Origin: Candidatus Puniceispirillaceae bacterium
GTDB taxonomy: Bacteria > Pseudomonadota > Alphaproteobacteria > Puniceispirillales > Puniceispirillaceae
Assembly: GCA_965656625.1 (NCBI GenBank)
Contig: CBFHLG010000013.1
Location: forward strand, 2,549 to 66,548
Direction of reading: 5' to 3'
Length of the DNA stretch: 64,000 bases
Part shown: positions 1 through 9,962 of the stretch, in pieces
Layout: each line of letters starts with the position of its first letter
How positions within the stretch are numbered: the stretch's first letter is position 1
Position numbers and translations under genes: made by a program
Notes under the pieces: generated by a model
What the model saw: only the letters and a program-made list of their open reading frames with translations
Told to the model about the DNA's origin: nothing
The model's database searches: none

Positions 1-79
1 GCACACCAACTTTAATATCAGCTACAGCCTGGCTGGCTACAGCACACATCATTGCGCTTGCTAACAGTAACTTCTTCAT
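1..79 (-). CDS. 5' end only (signal peptide) of a secreted or periplasmic protein; the rest lies outside the window
   Basis: Reverse-strand ATG at 79..77 translates MKKLLLASAMMCAVASQAVADIKVGV, a typical n-h-c signal peptide. Purine-rich GAGAGAG lies just upstream. The family cannot be assigned from 26 aa. Confidence 0.5.
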   Translation of the reverse strand, partial: MKKLLLASAMMCAVASQAVADIKVGV

Positions 80-198
80 AACTCTCTCACTTTCTTCGAA
101 CAGAAGTTGAACATTAATGTTCCATTGCGCACTCGGGGGGAGGACAAAACTGAGGAACATCTAAACCGTACAATCTGGCATGAGTATGAATACTGCTG

Positions 199-234
199 AA
201 AATAATGAAGGGTGATGCAAATAACGCATCACCC
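199..234 (-). terminator. Rho-independent terminator downstream of the 309..518 small ORF
   Basis: Perfect 9-bp stem GGGTGATGC / GCATCACCC (210-218 / 226-234) with a 7-nt loop. On the minus strand it is followed by TTCATTATTTT. Confidence 0.6.
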
Positions 235-308
235 CCTTATCAAGCTGCAATAATGTAGCGCCCGCGCCTTATATAAAGAGCAGGCTAGTGGCTAGCCGTA
301 AGGCGCCC

Positions 309-518
309 TCAAACCTGTTTTTTCAGCACATTGTTGCGGCATTCCCACTGGTATCGCGCCCAGTTTCGCCGTTCCATGCGTGAATTATAGCGGCCTCGCT
401 CCATCGCGGCGGCCATCATACAGGCGTCTTGATTCGCATAGACCTGTTCACGTTCAAACTCGTGACACATGGTCTGGCCTTCCAAAGTCACACAAGTGAC
501 CAGTACAAGCAAAAACAT
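309..518 (-). CDS. Small hypothetical protein (69 aa) with a hydrophobic N-terminus and 4 Cys
   Basis: The internal ATG at 518 is preceded by a strong SD (GGGGGAGGA, 4-nt spacing). It translates MFLLVLVTCVTLEGQTMCHEFEREQ.... A terminator lies about 75 nt downstream. I recognise no family. The longer 98-aa ORF start has no SD. Confidence 0.45.
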   Translation of the reverse strand: MFLLVLVTCVTLEGQTMCHEFEREQVYANQDACMMAAAMERGRYNSRMERRNWARYQWECRNNVLKKQV

Positions 519-646
519 GACGTCCTCCCCCAAAGCACCATGCCATGCACAAGTGTAGTCACAAAACTGTAATCTTGGCAAATCCGGGGGTGATGTAGCC
601 GCCATCAGCGGGCAGTCTTCGACAACAAGGGTAATTTGAAAAGCGG

Positions 647-736
647 TGGCGGAGGGAGGGGGATTCGAACCCCCGAGGGGCTTTCACCCCAACACGCTTT
701 CCAGGCGTGCGCCTTAAACCGCTCGGCCATCCCTCC
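647..736 (-). tRNA. tRNA-Ser (anticodon GGA)
   Basis: The reverse complement reads GGAGGGATGGCCGAGCGG...CACGC-CTGGAAA-GCGTG, then a long variable arm, then GGGGG-TTCGAAT-CCCCC-TCCCTCC-G-CCA. This is a full class II cloverleaf of 90 nt with an encoded CCA. Confidence 0.95.
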
Positions 737-770
737 AGATGCTTCAGATGCTATACACCGGGTCTGCCGC

Positions 771-799
771 ACTATAGCGGGGCACAGGCAAACATGCAA
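771..799 (-). promoter_or_regulatory. Sigma70-like promoter for tRNA-Ser
   Basis: On the minus strand: TTGCAT (799..794), 17-nt spacer, TATAGT (776..771). It sits about 35 nt upstream of the mature tRNA 5' end. Confidence 0.5.
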
Positions 800-856
800 T
801 TCCCTTAGGCGTTTCTGCGGATCAGTTCATGGTTGCAAATTTGTCTGACTTTCGAC

Positions 857-1237
857 ATGATTTTGGCCATGGGACGTTTATTGTTTAAACTTTTGGCAGT
901 TGTATTCCTGCTTTTGGGCGGCTTGGTGATGTTCGGTGACATCACTGACGATAATGCGGCATCGGTTATGCTGGGCCAGTATCTTTATGAGCGTGCGCCC
1001 TCCTCACTGCAAATCGCAGAAGCGGTGATAGACCGCTATATTGACCCATGCAGCCTGATTGTGGCGTTGGGCTGCTCGCCCTTTTTGTGGCACCCGCTGA
1101 TATCTGGGTTGTTGCAATGGCCTGCAGCGATTGTATTTCTGGTGATCGGCGTGCTGTTCTGGCTTATCTCACGCCTGTTTGCCGGCCTCAAAGGCAAGCG
1201 GCACAGACAATATCACCGTGAAGGCCGCCAGCCCTGA
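857..1237 (+). CDS. Hypothetical membrane protein
   Basis: The ORF has hydrophobic segments (LLFKLLAVVFLLLGGLVMF; WPAAIVFLVIGVLFWLISRLF) and a basic C-terminal tail. The start is uncertain: TTG 833, ATG 857 or ATG 869, none with a clear SD. Confidence 0.45.
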   Translation: MILAMGRLLFKLLAVVFLLLGGLVMFGDITDDNAASVMLGQYLYERAPSSLQIAEAVIDRYIDPCSLIVALGCSPFLWHPLISGLLQWPAAIVFLVIGVLFWLISRLFAGLKGKRHRQYHREGRQP

Positions 1238-1255
1238 TAAAGCGGGACACTTCGG

Positions 1256-3058
1256 TTAATTATCGCCCATCTTCAAGGCTTCCAGGAACGCGTTCTGCGG
1301 GATATCCACGCGGCCGAACTGGCGCATGCGCTTCTTGCCCTCTTTCTGTTTTTCCAGAAGTTTGCGTTTCCGGCTGACATCCCCGCCATAACATTTTGCC
1401 GTCACATCCTTGCGCAGAGCCGAGATGGTTTCCCGTGCAATGACTTTACCGCCAATGGCCGCCTGCAGAGCGATTTTAAACATCTGGCGAGGAATCAGGT
1501 CTTTCAAGCGGGCACAGATGGCCCGGCCCCGATATTCTGCCTGCTCGCGGTGCACGATCATCGCCAGCGCATCCACCGGGTCGCTATTGACCAGAATAGA
1601 CACCTTGACCAGATCGCCGGAAATATACTCATCCATCTGATAATCAAAGCTGGCATACCCGCGGGTCACCGATTTCAGCCGGTCATAAAAATCAAACACC
1701 ACCTCGTTCAGAGGCAGACGATAAACCACCATCGCCCGGCTACCGGCATAGGTTAAGTCTATCTGCTCACCGCGGCGTTCAACACATAATGACAACACCT
1801 GCCCCAAATATTCATCAGGGGTCATGATAGTGGCTTTAATCCAAGGCTCTTCTATCGACTGGATCCGAGTGACCTCTGGCATATCGGCCGGATTATGCAT
1901 GTTTATCTTGCTGCCATCTGTCATCGTCAGTTGGTACACAACAGACGGCGCGGTTGAGATCAGATCAAGATTGAACTCGCGGCTCAGCCGTTCACGGATA
2001 ACCTCCATATGCAACAGGCCCAGAAAACCGCAACGAAAGCCAAAGCCCAGAGCCGCAGAGGTTTCCGCCTCAAACGAGAACGAGCTGTCATTCAAGGACA
2101 GTTTTTCAAGCGCCTCACGCAGGCCCGAGAAATCCGCCGCATCAATCGGAAACAGCCCGCAGAATACAACCGGCACAGACGGCTTAAAACCGTCAAGCGG
2201 TTCGGCACAAGGGCGTCTATCATCAGTGATGGTGTCACCGACCTTCGCATCAGAAACGGTCTTCACACCGGCATTGATAAAGCCGATCTCACCCGGACCC
2301 AGCTGGTCAACTGCCGTCGGTTTCGGGCCAAACACCCCGACCCGTTCAACGGTATGCACGGCCCCGCTGGCCATCATGCGGATCTTCATGCCCTTTTTGA
2401 TGATGCCGTCCCGCACCCGTATCAAGGTCATCACACCCAGATAAGGGTCGTACCAGCTGTCCACAAGCAAGGCTTTCAGCGGCGAGGCGTCTGCCCCGGT
2501 CGGCGGTGGCAATTCCGTGACAATTGCTTCTAAAACCTCTTCAATGCCGATGCCCGTCTTGGCGGAAACCGCTATGGCGTTATCCGCTGGCAGGCCAATA
2601 ACATCTTCGATTTGGGCCTTGACCCGATCAGGTTCGGCAGCCGGCAGGTCCATCTTGTTCAGAACCGTGACCATATCATGATCAGCATCAAGGGCCTGAT
2701 AGACATTGGCCAGCGTCTGCGCCTCTACCCCTTGCGAGGCGTCAACAACTAACAGCGACCCTTCACAAGCCGACAAAGAACGCGACACCTCATAGCCAAA
2801 ATCAACATGACCGGGCGTATCCATCAGGTTCAGAACATAGTCCTCGCCTGACTTTGCTTTGTAGCTGAGACGCACAGTCTGGGCCTTGATGGTAATGCCG
2901 CGTTCACGTTCAATGTCCATATTGTCGAGAACCTGTTCGGACATCTCGCGCTCGCTCAACCCGCCGCAGACCTGAATAAGACGATCTGCAAGGGTAGATT
3001 TGCCGTGATCGATATGCGCAACAATCGAGAAATTTCTGATTTTGGATAAGTCAGTCAT
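1256..3058 (-). CDS. lepA: Translation elongation factor 4 (LepA)
   Basis: [27 protein letters not shown]... G1 motif, DTPGHVDF G3 motif, NKMD G4 motif, and the characteristic LepA C-terminal domain. The start is placed at the internal ATG (3058) that matches the conserved N-terminus. Confidence 0.95.
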   Translation of the reverse strand: MTDLSKIRNFSIVAHIDHGKSTLADRLIQVCGGLSEREMSEQVLDNMDIERERGITIKAQTVRLSYKAKSGEDYVLNLMDTPGHVDFGYEVSRSLSACEGSLLVVDASQGVEAQTLANVYQALDADHDMVTVLNKMDLPAAEPDRVKAQIEDVIGLPADNAIAVSAKTGIGIEEVLEAIVTELPPPTGADASPLKALLVDSWYDPYLGVMTLIRVRDGIIKKGMKIRMMASGAVHTVERVGVFGPKPTAVDQLGPGEIGFINAGVKTVSDAKVGDTITDDRRPCAEPLDGFKPSVPVVFCGLFPIDAADFSGLREALEKLSLNDSSFSFEAETSAALGFGFRCGFLGLLHMEVIRERLSREFNLDLISTAPSVVYQLTMTDGSKINMHNPADMPEVTRIQSIEEPWIKATIMTPDEYLGQVLSLCVERRGEQIDLTYAGSRAMVVYRLPLNEVVFDFYDRLKSVTRGYASFDYQMDEYISGDLVKVSILVNSDPVDALAMIVHREQAEYRGRAICARLKDLIPRQMFKIALQAAIGGKVIARETISALRKDVTAKCYGGDVSRKRKLLEKQKEGKKRMRQFGRVDIPQNAFLEALKMGDN

Positions 3059-3162
3059 GAAAAGATATCTAGCGCACTTCTGACGCGCTTTCCAGCATAA
3101 CAATCATGATTTTCCGCCCTTCAGCCGATAAATTCAGGAAAGCCCGTCAAACCGGCAAACCC

Positions 3163-3190
3163 TTGACCCGATTGCCGATCATGGTACAAC
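3163..3190 (+). promoter_or_regulatory. Candidate sigma70 promoter for leuA
   Basis: TTGACC (3163-3168), 16-nt spacer, TACAAC (3185-3190), about 40 nt upstream of the leuA ATG. Confidence 0.3.
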
Positions 3191-3229
3191 ATCTACTCTT
3201 GATATGATGTTGCGGAAACCGGACCTGAT

Positions 3230-4900
3230 ATGACTCAGATGAACCCTGCAAAATACAGCGCTTATCCGCCTGTTAACCTGCCTGACAGAAGCTGGCCGAA
3301 CCAGGTGATCACCTCGGCCCCGGTATGGTGTTCTGTTGATCTGCGTGACGGCAACCAGGCCCTGATAGAGCCGATGGACAGCCTGCGCAAAATGCGCATG
3401 TTCAAAACCCTTGTCGGCATGGGTTTCACAGAAATTGAAGTTGGGTTTCCGTCTGCCTCAGACACAGACTTCAATTTCCTGCGCGAGCTTATCGATGGCG
3501 GCCATGTCCCTGCGAATGTGACGATACAGGTGCTCACCCAGGCCAGAGAACATCTTATCGACAGAACCATTGAATCGCTGCAGGGCGCCCCAAGTGCCAT
3601 TTTGCATCTGTATAACTCCACCTCTACCCTGCAACGGCGGGTGGTGTTTAAATCTGACCGCGACGGGGTAAAACAGATCGCAATAGACGGCGCGAAAATG
3701 GTGGCCGACCGGATCAGCAAGCTGGGGTCGTCAACAGCGCTTCGCCTGCAATATTCACCAGAGAGCTTTACCGGCACAGAGCTTGATTACGCGCTGGAAG
3801 TGTGTGAGGCGGTGATGGATATCTGGCAGCCTACGCCGGAGAACAAAACCATCATCAACCTGCCCGCGACCGTTGAGATGTCGACACCCAACATCTATGC
3901 CGATCAGATCGAATGGATGCACCGGAACTTTTCCCGGCGGGACAGCATGATTTTATCTTTGCACCCTCATAATGACCGGGGTTGCGGGGTTGCGGCAACT
4001 GAACTGGGGCTGATGGCCGGAGCAGATCGGGTGGAAGGCACCCTGTTTGGCAATGGTGAGCGGACCGGCAATGTGGATATCATTACGCTGGGGCTGAACC
4101 TGTTTACACAAGGTGTTGACCCGAAACTGGATATCTCTGACATCACCACACTGGTCGAAACAGCCGAGTTTTGTAACCAGTTGCCTGTCCATCAGCGCCA
4201 CCCCTATGCGGGCCAGCTGGTCCATACCGCTTTTTCCGGCTCTCATCAGGACGCCATCCGCAAAGGGATGGACGCTATCCAGAACGCCAATGATGACAAA
4301 TGGGAAGTGCCCTATCTGCCGATTGACCCGGCCGATATCGGCTGCACCTATGAAGCCATTATCCGGGTAAATTCACAATCTGGTAAGGCCGGGTCCGCTT
4401 GGTTGTTGGAAACAGAACATCATGTGCGTCTGCCGCGCGGGATGGAAGTAGAGTTCAGCCAGACCGTCCAGAAACAGGCTGATGTCAGCGGCCGTGAAAT
4501 CACAGCAGAGATGATCTGGGAAATCTACAGCGCAGAATATCTGAATGTGGATGAGCCCTTCAACCTGATTTCAGTTGAAACTCAGCCGGCCTCACTGGCC
4601 TCAGAAAAAGAACGCATCACCGCTGTTATTCGCCACAAGGGCGAGGAGAGCACCATTTCGGCAACCGGAAACGGGCCGATCTCTGCCATGGTGAATGCGT
4701 TGCGGGATAATTTTGAGCTGGATTTCACGCTGGCGGATTTCGGCCAGAACACGCGGTCATCTACATCAAAAGCCGAAGCCGCGGCCTATGTTGAGCTGAA
4801 AGCCGGTAGGGATGGCCGCTCGGTCTACGGGGCGGGGATTAATACATCCATCACCCTGGCCCCGCTTTACGCACTGGTCTCCGCGATTAACCGGTTATAA
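3230..4900 (+). CDS. leuA: 2-isopropylmalate synthase, long (actinobacterial-like, type 2) form
   Basis: 556 aa. N-terminal DRSWP...WCSVDLRDGNQAL, HPHNDRG metal-site motif, and a C-terminal LeuA dimerisation/regulatory domain. Confidence 0.92.
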   Translation: MTQMNPAKYSAYPPVNLPDRSWPNQVITSAPVWCSVDLRDGNQALIEPMDSLRKMRMFKTLVGMGFTEIEVGFPSASDTDFNFLRELIDGGHVPANVTIQVLTQAREHLIDRTIESLQGAPSAILHLYNSTSTLQRRVVFKSDRDGVKQIAIDGAKMVADRISKLGSSTALRLQYSPESFTGTELDYALEVCEAVMDIWQPTPENKTIINLPATVEMSTPNIYADQIEWMHRNFSRRDSMILSLHPHNDRGCGVAATELGLMAGADRVEGTLFGNGERTGNVDIITLGLNLFTQGVDPKLDISDITTLVETAEFCNQLPVHQRHPYAGQLVHTAFSGSHQDAIRKGMDAIQNANDDKWEVPYLPIDPADIGCTYEAIIRVNSQSGKAGSAWLLETEHHVRLPRGMEVEFSQTVQKQADVSGREITAEMIWEIYSAEYLNVDEPFNLISVETQPASLASEKERITAVIRHKGEESTISATGNGPISAMVNALRDNFELDFTLADFGQNTRSSTSKAEAAAYVELKAGRDGRSVYGAGINTSITLAPLYALVSAINRL

Positions 4901-4920
4901 TCTGCCGTAAAGGGCGCGGT

Positions 4921-7338
4921 TCAGGCGCCGCGCAGAACGCCGCCGCAGTTTTTCGCAACTGTCGCCGCGATTTGCTCTGACAGGGAAGACAAATCCGCCT
5001 CGCTGAAGGTAGCGTCTTTCGGCTGCAGCGTAACAGCAAGAGCGACAGATTTCTTGCCCTCTTCAATGCCTTTGCCCTGGTAGATGTCAAACACAGATAT
5101 GTCTGTGACCACATCGCGGGCTGCCCGACGTACCGAATCTACCAACGCCTGAGCCGAGATGCTGTTATCAACGATGAACGCAAAATCGCGGGTCACGGGC
5201 TGCAATGAAGACAGCTTCAGCAACGGTTTGGCAGGCCCCTTCTGGCGCGGCAGCGGAATAGCGTCCAGCCACAACTCAAAGCCGACAACACCTGCAGGCA
5301 AGTCGAACTCATCACAAATGCGCGGGTGAAGTTCACCAAAGACGCCCATTTCGGTTTTGCCCAGCGTCAGCCGGCCAGATCGGCCAGGGTGCATCCAGTC
5401 TGGTGTATCTAGTGAAACCATCAGGTTTTCGCAACGCACGCCAAGACAACCCAAAACTGCCAGCAGGTCTGCCTTGGCATCAAAGGTATCAACAGCTCGG
5501 CCGGCCTGCTGCCAGTCTTTGGTCTGTGCTGCCCCTACACGGAGGCCGCCAACCGCTGTTCTCTGGCCGGTCTCAGATGGGTCAAGGAAGACAGGGCCAA
5601 CCTCAAACAAACAAACATCAGACAGGGCCCGGTTCAAATTGCGGGCCGCCGCAGATAACAAGTTCGGCAGCACAGACGGCCGCATCATGCTGAGGTCTGT
5701 GCTGATGGGGTTTGCTACCCCTAACGCCTCATCACCGCCGCCAAACAGGCGCGCTTCTTCGGGCCGCAGGAAAGAGAAGGTCACCGCCTCTGTCAGGCCG
5801 CGCCCGGCCAACAGGCGGCGCAACAACACCGCCCGCACCTGTTCAGCCGAAAACGCTGGACGGGCAATGTAATTGTCCCGCGGCAGGGGCGTCATTTCAA
5901 GATTATCATAACCGTGGATGCGAATAACTTCCTCGACCAGGTCAGCCGGGCCATCAATATCATTACGCCAAGACGGCACCTCTACCTGCCACAGCTCAGC
6001 TGCGCTGCGGTTAACCACAAAACCCAGATCGGTCAGGATCTCAGCCTGCCGGTCATCAGAACAGGAAATACCGGTCAGGGCCTTTGTGCGCGCAGGCGGG
6101 AAGGCCACCATCTGCGGGTCTCTGTCCGCAGAACCGGTCACAACCAGGTGGCTGAACCGGCCGCCGCAGACAGACTGGAACAAACGGGCGATATAACCGG
6201 CCATCTGCACCGGCGAGGCCGCATCAAGACCGCGTTCAAAGCGATAGCGCGCATCTGAATGGATGTTCAACTGGCGCCCGGTACTGGCCACATTGATCGG
6301 GTCAAATATGGCCACTTCTAAGAACATACGGGTCGTGGTCTCGCTGACCCCGGTACGTTCACCGCCCATAATACCGGCAATATCATCAGGGCCATTCTGA
6401 TCCCCGATAACCAGCATATCCGGCCCGCAGCTATAGGTCTTTTCGTTGAGCGCGAGAATTTCCTCACCCTCTTTGGCAAACCGTAACACCAGCTTATCAC
6501 CGGCAACCTTGTCTGCATCATAAGCATGCAACGGGCGGCCCAGATCAAGCATCACATAATTAGTGATATCCACAAGTGAAGAGATAGGCCGCTGGCCCAC
6601 TGCCGTCAGCCGCGCTGCCATCCAGTCAGGGGACGGGCCGTTCGATACGCCTTCAAACAGGCGACCGGAAATAAGCGGCACAAGCCCAGCCACTTCATCG
6701 TCTATTTGCCAGGTCAACGGAGAGGCAAACTCACCTTCAGCAGGCGCGAAATCGATCACTTTCAGCTGGCCAAAACCGGCTGCTGCCAGGTCACGGGCAA
6801 CACCGCGCACACCCAGACAATCACCTCTGTTCGGGGTAATCGCAATTTCTATAACCGGATCAACAAGACCCGCAAATTTGGTCTCAGCAAAGCCGGCAAA
6901 ACCGGTGCCGACAACCGCGTCTTCTGGCAACTCGGCAATGCCCTCATGATCTTCACCAAGGCCCAGCTCAGACAAAGAACACAACATGCCTTGTGAAGTC
7001 TGGCCCCGAATTTTACCTTGCTTGATGGTGATGTCAGGGCCGGGAACATGGGTGCCAACAGGGGCAAGCACGGTGCGCAGACCCGCCCGCGCGTTCGGCG
7101 CGCCACATACGATCTGCAACTCTCCCTCGCCCGTATTTACACGGCAGACCCGCAGCCGGTCAGCATCGGGATGCTGTTTGGCTTCAAGGATTTCAACTAC
7201 ACGAAACGGGGCCAGCGCGGCAAGCGGATTATGAAGGTCTTCAACCTCCAGCCCCAGCATCGGCAGAGCCTCACAAATCTCATCAAGGGATTTGTCTGTA
7301 TCGAGATGATCACACAGCCAGGAGAAGGTAAATTTCAT
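4921..7338 (-). CDS. pheT: Phenylalanine--tRNA ligase beta subunit
   Basis: [12 protein letters not shown]... N-terminus, tRNA-binding domain, and B3/4, B5 and FDX-ACB domains. The ATG at 7338 shares one nt with the pheS TGA (TGATG). Confidence 0.95.
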   Translation of the reverse strand: MKFTFSWLCDHLDTDKSLDEICEALPMLGLEVEDLHNPLAALAPFRVVEILEAKQHPDADRLRVCRVNTGEGELQIVCGAPNARAGLRTVLAPVGTHVPGPDITIKQGKIRGQTSQGMLCSLSELGLGEDHEGIAELPEDAVVGTGFAGFAETKFAGLVDPVIEIAITPNRGDCLGVRGVARDLAAAGFGQLKVIDFAPAEGEFASPLTWQIDDEVAGLVPLISGRLFEGVSNGPSPDWMAARLTAVGQRPISSLVDITNYVMLDLGRPLHAYDADKVAGDKLVLRFAKEGEEILALNEKTYSCGPDMLVIGDQNGPDDIAGIMGGERTGVSETTTRMFLEVAIFDPINVASTGRQLNIHSDARYRFERGLDAASPVQMAGYIARLFQSVCGGRFSHLVVTGSADRDPQMVAFPPARTKALTGISCSDDRQAEILTDLGFVVNRSAAELWQVEVPSWRNDIDGPADLVEEVIRIHGYDNLEMTPLPRDNYIARPAFSAEQVRAVLLRRLLAGRGLTEAVTFSFLRPEEARLFGGGDEALGVANPISTDLSMMRPSVLPNLLSAAARNLNRALSDVCLFEVGPVFLDPSETGQRTAVGGLRVGAAQTKDWQQAGRAVDTFDAKADLLAVLGCLGVRCENLMVSLDTPDWMHPGRSGRLTLGKTEMGVFGELHPRICDEFDLPAGVVGFELWLDAIPLPRQKGPAKPLLKLSSLQPVTRDFAFIVDNSISAQALVDSVRRAARDVVTDISVFDIYQGKGIEEGKKSVALAVTLQPKDATFSEADLSSLSEQIAATVAKNCGGVLRGA

Positions 7339-8426
7339 CACGCCTCTCCTGTGCCAAGACCAGTATGCAGACCAGGAACATCAACCGGCATAAAGCCATA
7401 ATGTTTCAACCAGCGCAAATCGCTGTCATAAAAGGTGCGCAAATCCGGAATGCCATATTTCAGCATGGCGAGGCGTTCAACGCCCATACCAAAGGCAAAG
7501 CCCTGAACCTTGTCCGGGTCCAGACCGCAATTTTCCAGCACACGCGGATTGACCATGCCAGAGCCAAGAATTTCAAGCCAGTCATCACCAGCACCAATTT
7601 CCAAACCGCCACCAGACCGGCGGCAACCAATATCCACCTCAGCAGACGGTTCGGTAAACGGGAAAAAGCTGGGCCGGAACCGGACGGGCAAATCCTGTAC
7701 CCCAAAAAAGGCACGGCAGAAATCGATCAGACAGCCCTTCAGATGCCCCATGTGAATGCCTTCCCCGATCACAAGGCCCTCACATTGATGAAACATCGGG
7801 CTGTGAGTGGCGTCATGATCAGAACGATAGGTCCGCCCAGGCACGATAATGCGGATAGGCGGCGGCGTGTTCAGCATGGTGCGTATCTGAACAGGTGAGG
7901 TGTGAGTGCGCAATACAGGCCGCGCCCCTGTCTCATCAGGATTCAGATAAAAGGTGTCATGTTCCTGGCGGGCAGGGTGTTCGGGCGGAATGTTCAGCGC
8001 GGTGAAATTATAGAAATCAGATTCGATATCCGGGCCTTCTGCGATCGAAAAACCCATATCCGCGAAAATAGCCGAAATTTCCTCAATCGTGCGCGACAGA
8101 GGATGAGTCCGTCCCCTAGTCTCAGCGCGAGCCGGCAGCGAAACATCAATGGTTTCACTGGCCAGCTTGTCCGCAAGGGCGGCATGCTGAAGGCCGGCCT
8201 GACGAGCGGCCAGGGCAGAGGCCACTTCCTCTTTTAAGACGTTGAGGGCTTGGCCAGCGGCTTTGCGCTCTTCCGGCGCAAGGCTGCCCAATGCTTTCAG
8301 CTGGGTGGAAATACGGCCCTTTTTGCCCAACGCATCAAGCCGCACGGTTTCCAGTTTATCGAGCGTTTCAGCAGCGTCGATAGCCGCCATTAGGTCTGCT
8401 TTAAGCTGGGCTGTGTCTGTCATCAC
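7338..8426 (-). CDS. pheS: Phenylalanine--tRNA ligase alpha subunit
   Basis: 362 aa. Class II aaRS motifs ([44 protein letters not shown]). Confidence 0.96.
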   Translation of the reverse strand: MMTDTAQLKADLMAAIDAAETLDKLETVRLDALGKKGRISTQLKALGSLAPEERKAAGQALNVLKEEVASALAARQAGLQHAALADKLASETIDVSLPARAETRGRTHPLSRTIEEISAIFADMGFSIAEGPDIESDFYNFTALNIPPEHPARQEHDTFYLNPDETGARPVLRTHTSPVQIRTMLNTPPPIRIIVPGRTYRSDHDATHSPMFHQCEGLVIGEGIHMGHLKGCLIDFCRAFFGVQDLPVRFRPSFFPFTEPSAEVDIGCRRSGGGLEIGAGDDWLEILGSGMVNPRVLENCGLDPDKVQGFAFGMGVERLAMLKYGIPDLRTFYDSDLRWLKHYGFMPVDVPGLHTGLGTGEA

Positions 8427-8507
8427 CTGCCTGCACTACTCAAGAAAAATGATGCCTGCGACCGGCACTGGCACAACAGAGGCAGAGCCGGTGCAGACGG
8501 ACAGCCC

Positions 8508-8861
8508 TTAGCTGGCCTGCTTTGAGCGCTCAACCAGCGTGGCAAAGGCCTGTGGCTGGTGTACGGCGAGGTCAGCAAGCATCTTGCGATCCACCTCAAT
8601 GCCAGCCTTGGCCAGCCCGCCCATCAGCGCAGAATAGGTCATGCCGTGCACACGCGCAGCAGCGTTAATCCGCTGAATCCACAAGGCCCGGAATTCGCGT
8701 TTGCGTACGCGCCGGTCCCGGTAAGCGTATTGGCGGGCCTTATCAACAGCCTGCTTTGCGGTTTTGAAGGTGTTCTTGCGCCGGCCATAATAGCCTTTGG
8801 CAGCTTTGATAACTTTGTTGTGACGGGCGTGTGCAGTCACGCCGCGGCTTACTCGTGCCAT
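8508..8861 (-). CDS. rplT: 50S ribosomal protein L20
   Basis: [30 protein letters not shown]... is the canonical L20 sequence. Confidence 0.97.
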   Translation of the reverse strand: MARVSRGVTAHARHNKVIKAAKGYYGRRKNTFKTAKQAVDKARQYAYRDRRVRKREFRALWIQRINAAARVHGMTYSALMGGLAKAGIEVDRKMLADLAVHQPQAFATLVERSKQAS

Positions 8862-8883
8862 GTCTCGTTCTCCTTAAGGTCTA

Positions 8884-9081
8884 TCAGGCGTAAGGCAGGA
8901 ATTTGCGGACGATGCGTGCATCTGCTTCATGCAGGATCATTGTACCGCGCGCCTGGCGCTTCATTTTCTGGGAACGGCGACGAAGATTGTGGCTGAGAAA
9001 AGCTGCTGAGCCGCTAATCTTACCACTGGCTGTCACGCGGAAGCGTTTTTTTGCTCCGCTTTTTGTTTTCATCTTGGGCAT
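8884..9081 (-). CDS. rpmI: 50S ribosomal protein L35
   Basis: MPKMKTKSGAKKRFRVTASGKI... is the canonical L35 sequence. AAGAGG SD upstream. Confidence 0.96.
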   Translation of the reverse strand: MPKMKTKSGAKKRFRVTASGKISGSAAFLSHNLRRRSQKMKRQARGTMILHEADARIVRKFLPYA

Positions 9082-9285
9082 TTTGACCTCTTTTCTGTTT
9101 TGCGGGTTGCAGCATCACACTGCGATACCCTTTTATCGTCTTGTGCCGGCTGGGCAGCCCTTGATAGGCCCAGACGCGACATCTCAAACTTCCGTATCGG
9201 AAGCGGTGTTATAATGGGTTCGCTGCCAAAAATCAACCAATTATCACCTCACCTGCCCGTTCAGGCGGCAAAGCCAGAGATTTGG

Positions 9286-9822
9286 CTACCGTGGAGCCAA
9301 AACCATAATCATCTGCCGCCCTTCCATCTTCGGGTGTGATTCGATTTTTGCCTCTTCTTCAATATCCTCACGCACACGCTGCAGCAATTGGCTGCCCAGC
9401 TCAACATGAGCCATCTCACGTCCCCGGAACCGCAACGTGATTTTCACCTTGTCACCGGCTTCAAGGAATTTGCGCACAGCCCGCATCTTCACATCATAAT
9501 CATGACTGTCGATATTGGGACGCAGCTTGATTTCCTTGACCTCAATCACCTTTTGCTTTTTACGCGCTTCAGAGGCACGCTTCTGGGCCTGGTATTTGTA
9601 CTTGCCATAATCCAGAATTTTGACAACCGGCGGTTCCGCGTTTGGTTGCAGCTCAACAAGGTCCAGACCAAATTCATCTGCCTTGCGCAGCGCATCATCA
9701 ATCTTCAGAATCCCCATCTGTTCGCCTTCAGGGTCAATACAGCGGACGGTTGCTGAACGGATTTCTGTATTGATACGCGGACCGTCAGAGGCGGGCGGCG
9801 TATCGTTGCGTGGACGTGCTAT
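9286..9822 (-). CDS. infC: Translation initiation factor IF-3, initiated at a non-canonical ATA codon
   Basis: The ORF track starts at an internal Met ([11 protein letters not shown]), but the conserved IF-3 N-domain continues upstream in frame: (I)[36 protein letters not shown]. The frame opens at ATA 9822..9820, 6 nt after GGAGAG. There is no ATG, GTG or TTG in the extension. Confidence 0.85.
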   Translation of the reverse strand: MARPRNDTPPASDGPRINTEIRSATVRCIDPEGEQMGILKIDDALRKADEFGLDLVELQPNAEPPVVKILDYGKYKYQAQKRASEARKKQKVIEVKEIKLRPNIDSHDYDVKMRAVRKFLEAGDKVKITLRFRGREMAHVELGSQLLQRVREDIEEEAKIESHPKMEGRQMIMVLAPR

Positions 9823-9962
9823 GAAACTCTCCTTTAGCTGTTATCAGTTAGCTGTTTTCAGTCCTTATCGCCCGGCCTTCAGACAAATCAGCCACTTTGG
9901 CCGCATTTGTCCGCAGAACGAGCGGTTATGGTCGTTGTAGATAGTCTGTTTTACCAAAAACT

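Noticed and set aside
8427-8507. Looked for a pheM-like Phe-rich leader peptide or attenuator upstream of pheS, as in E. coli.
   Set aside because: The 81-nt rplT-pheS spacer has one modest hairpin followed by a T-run but no Phe-codon leader ORF. There is insufficient evidence for attenuation.
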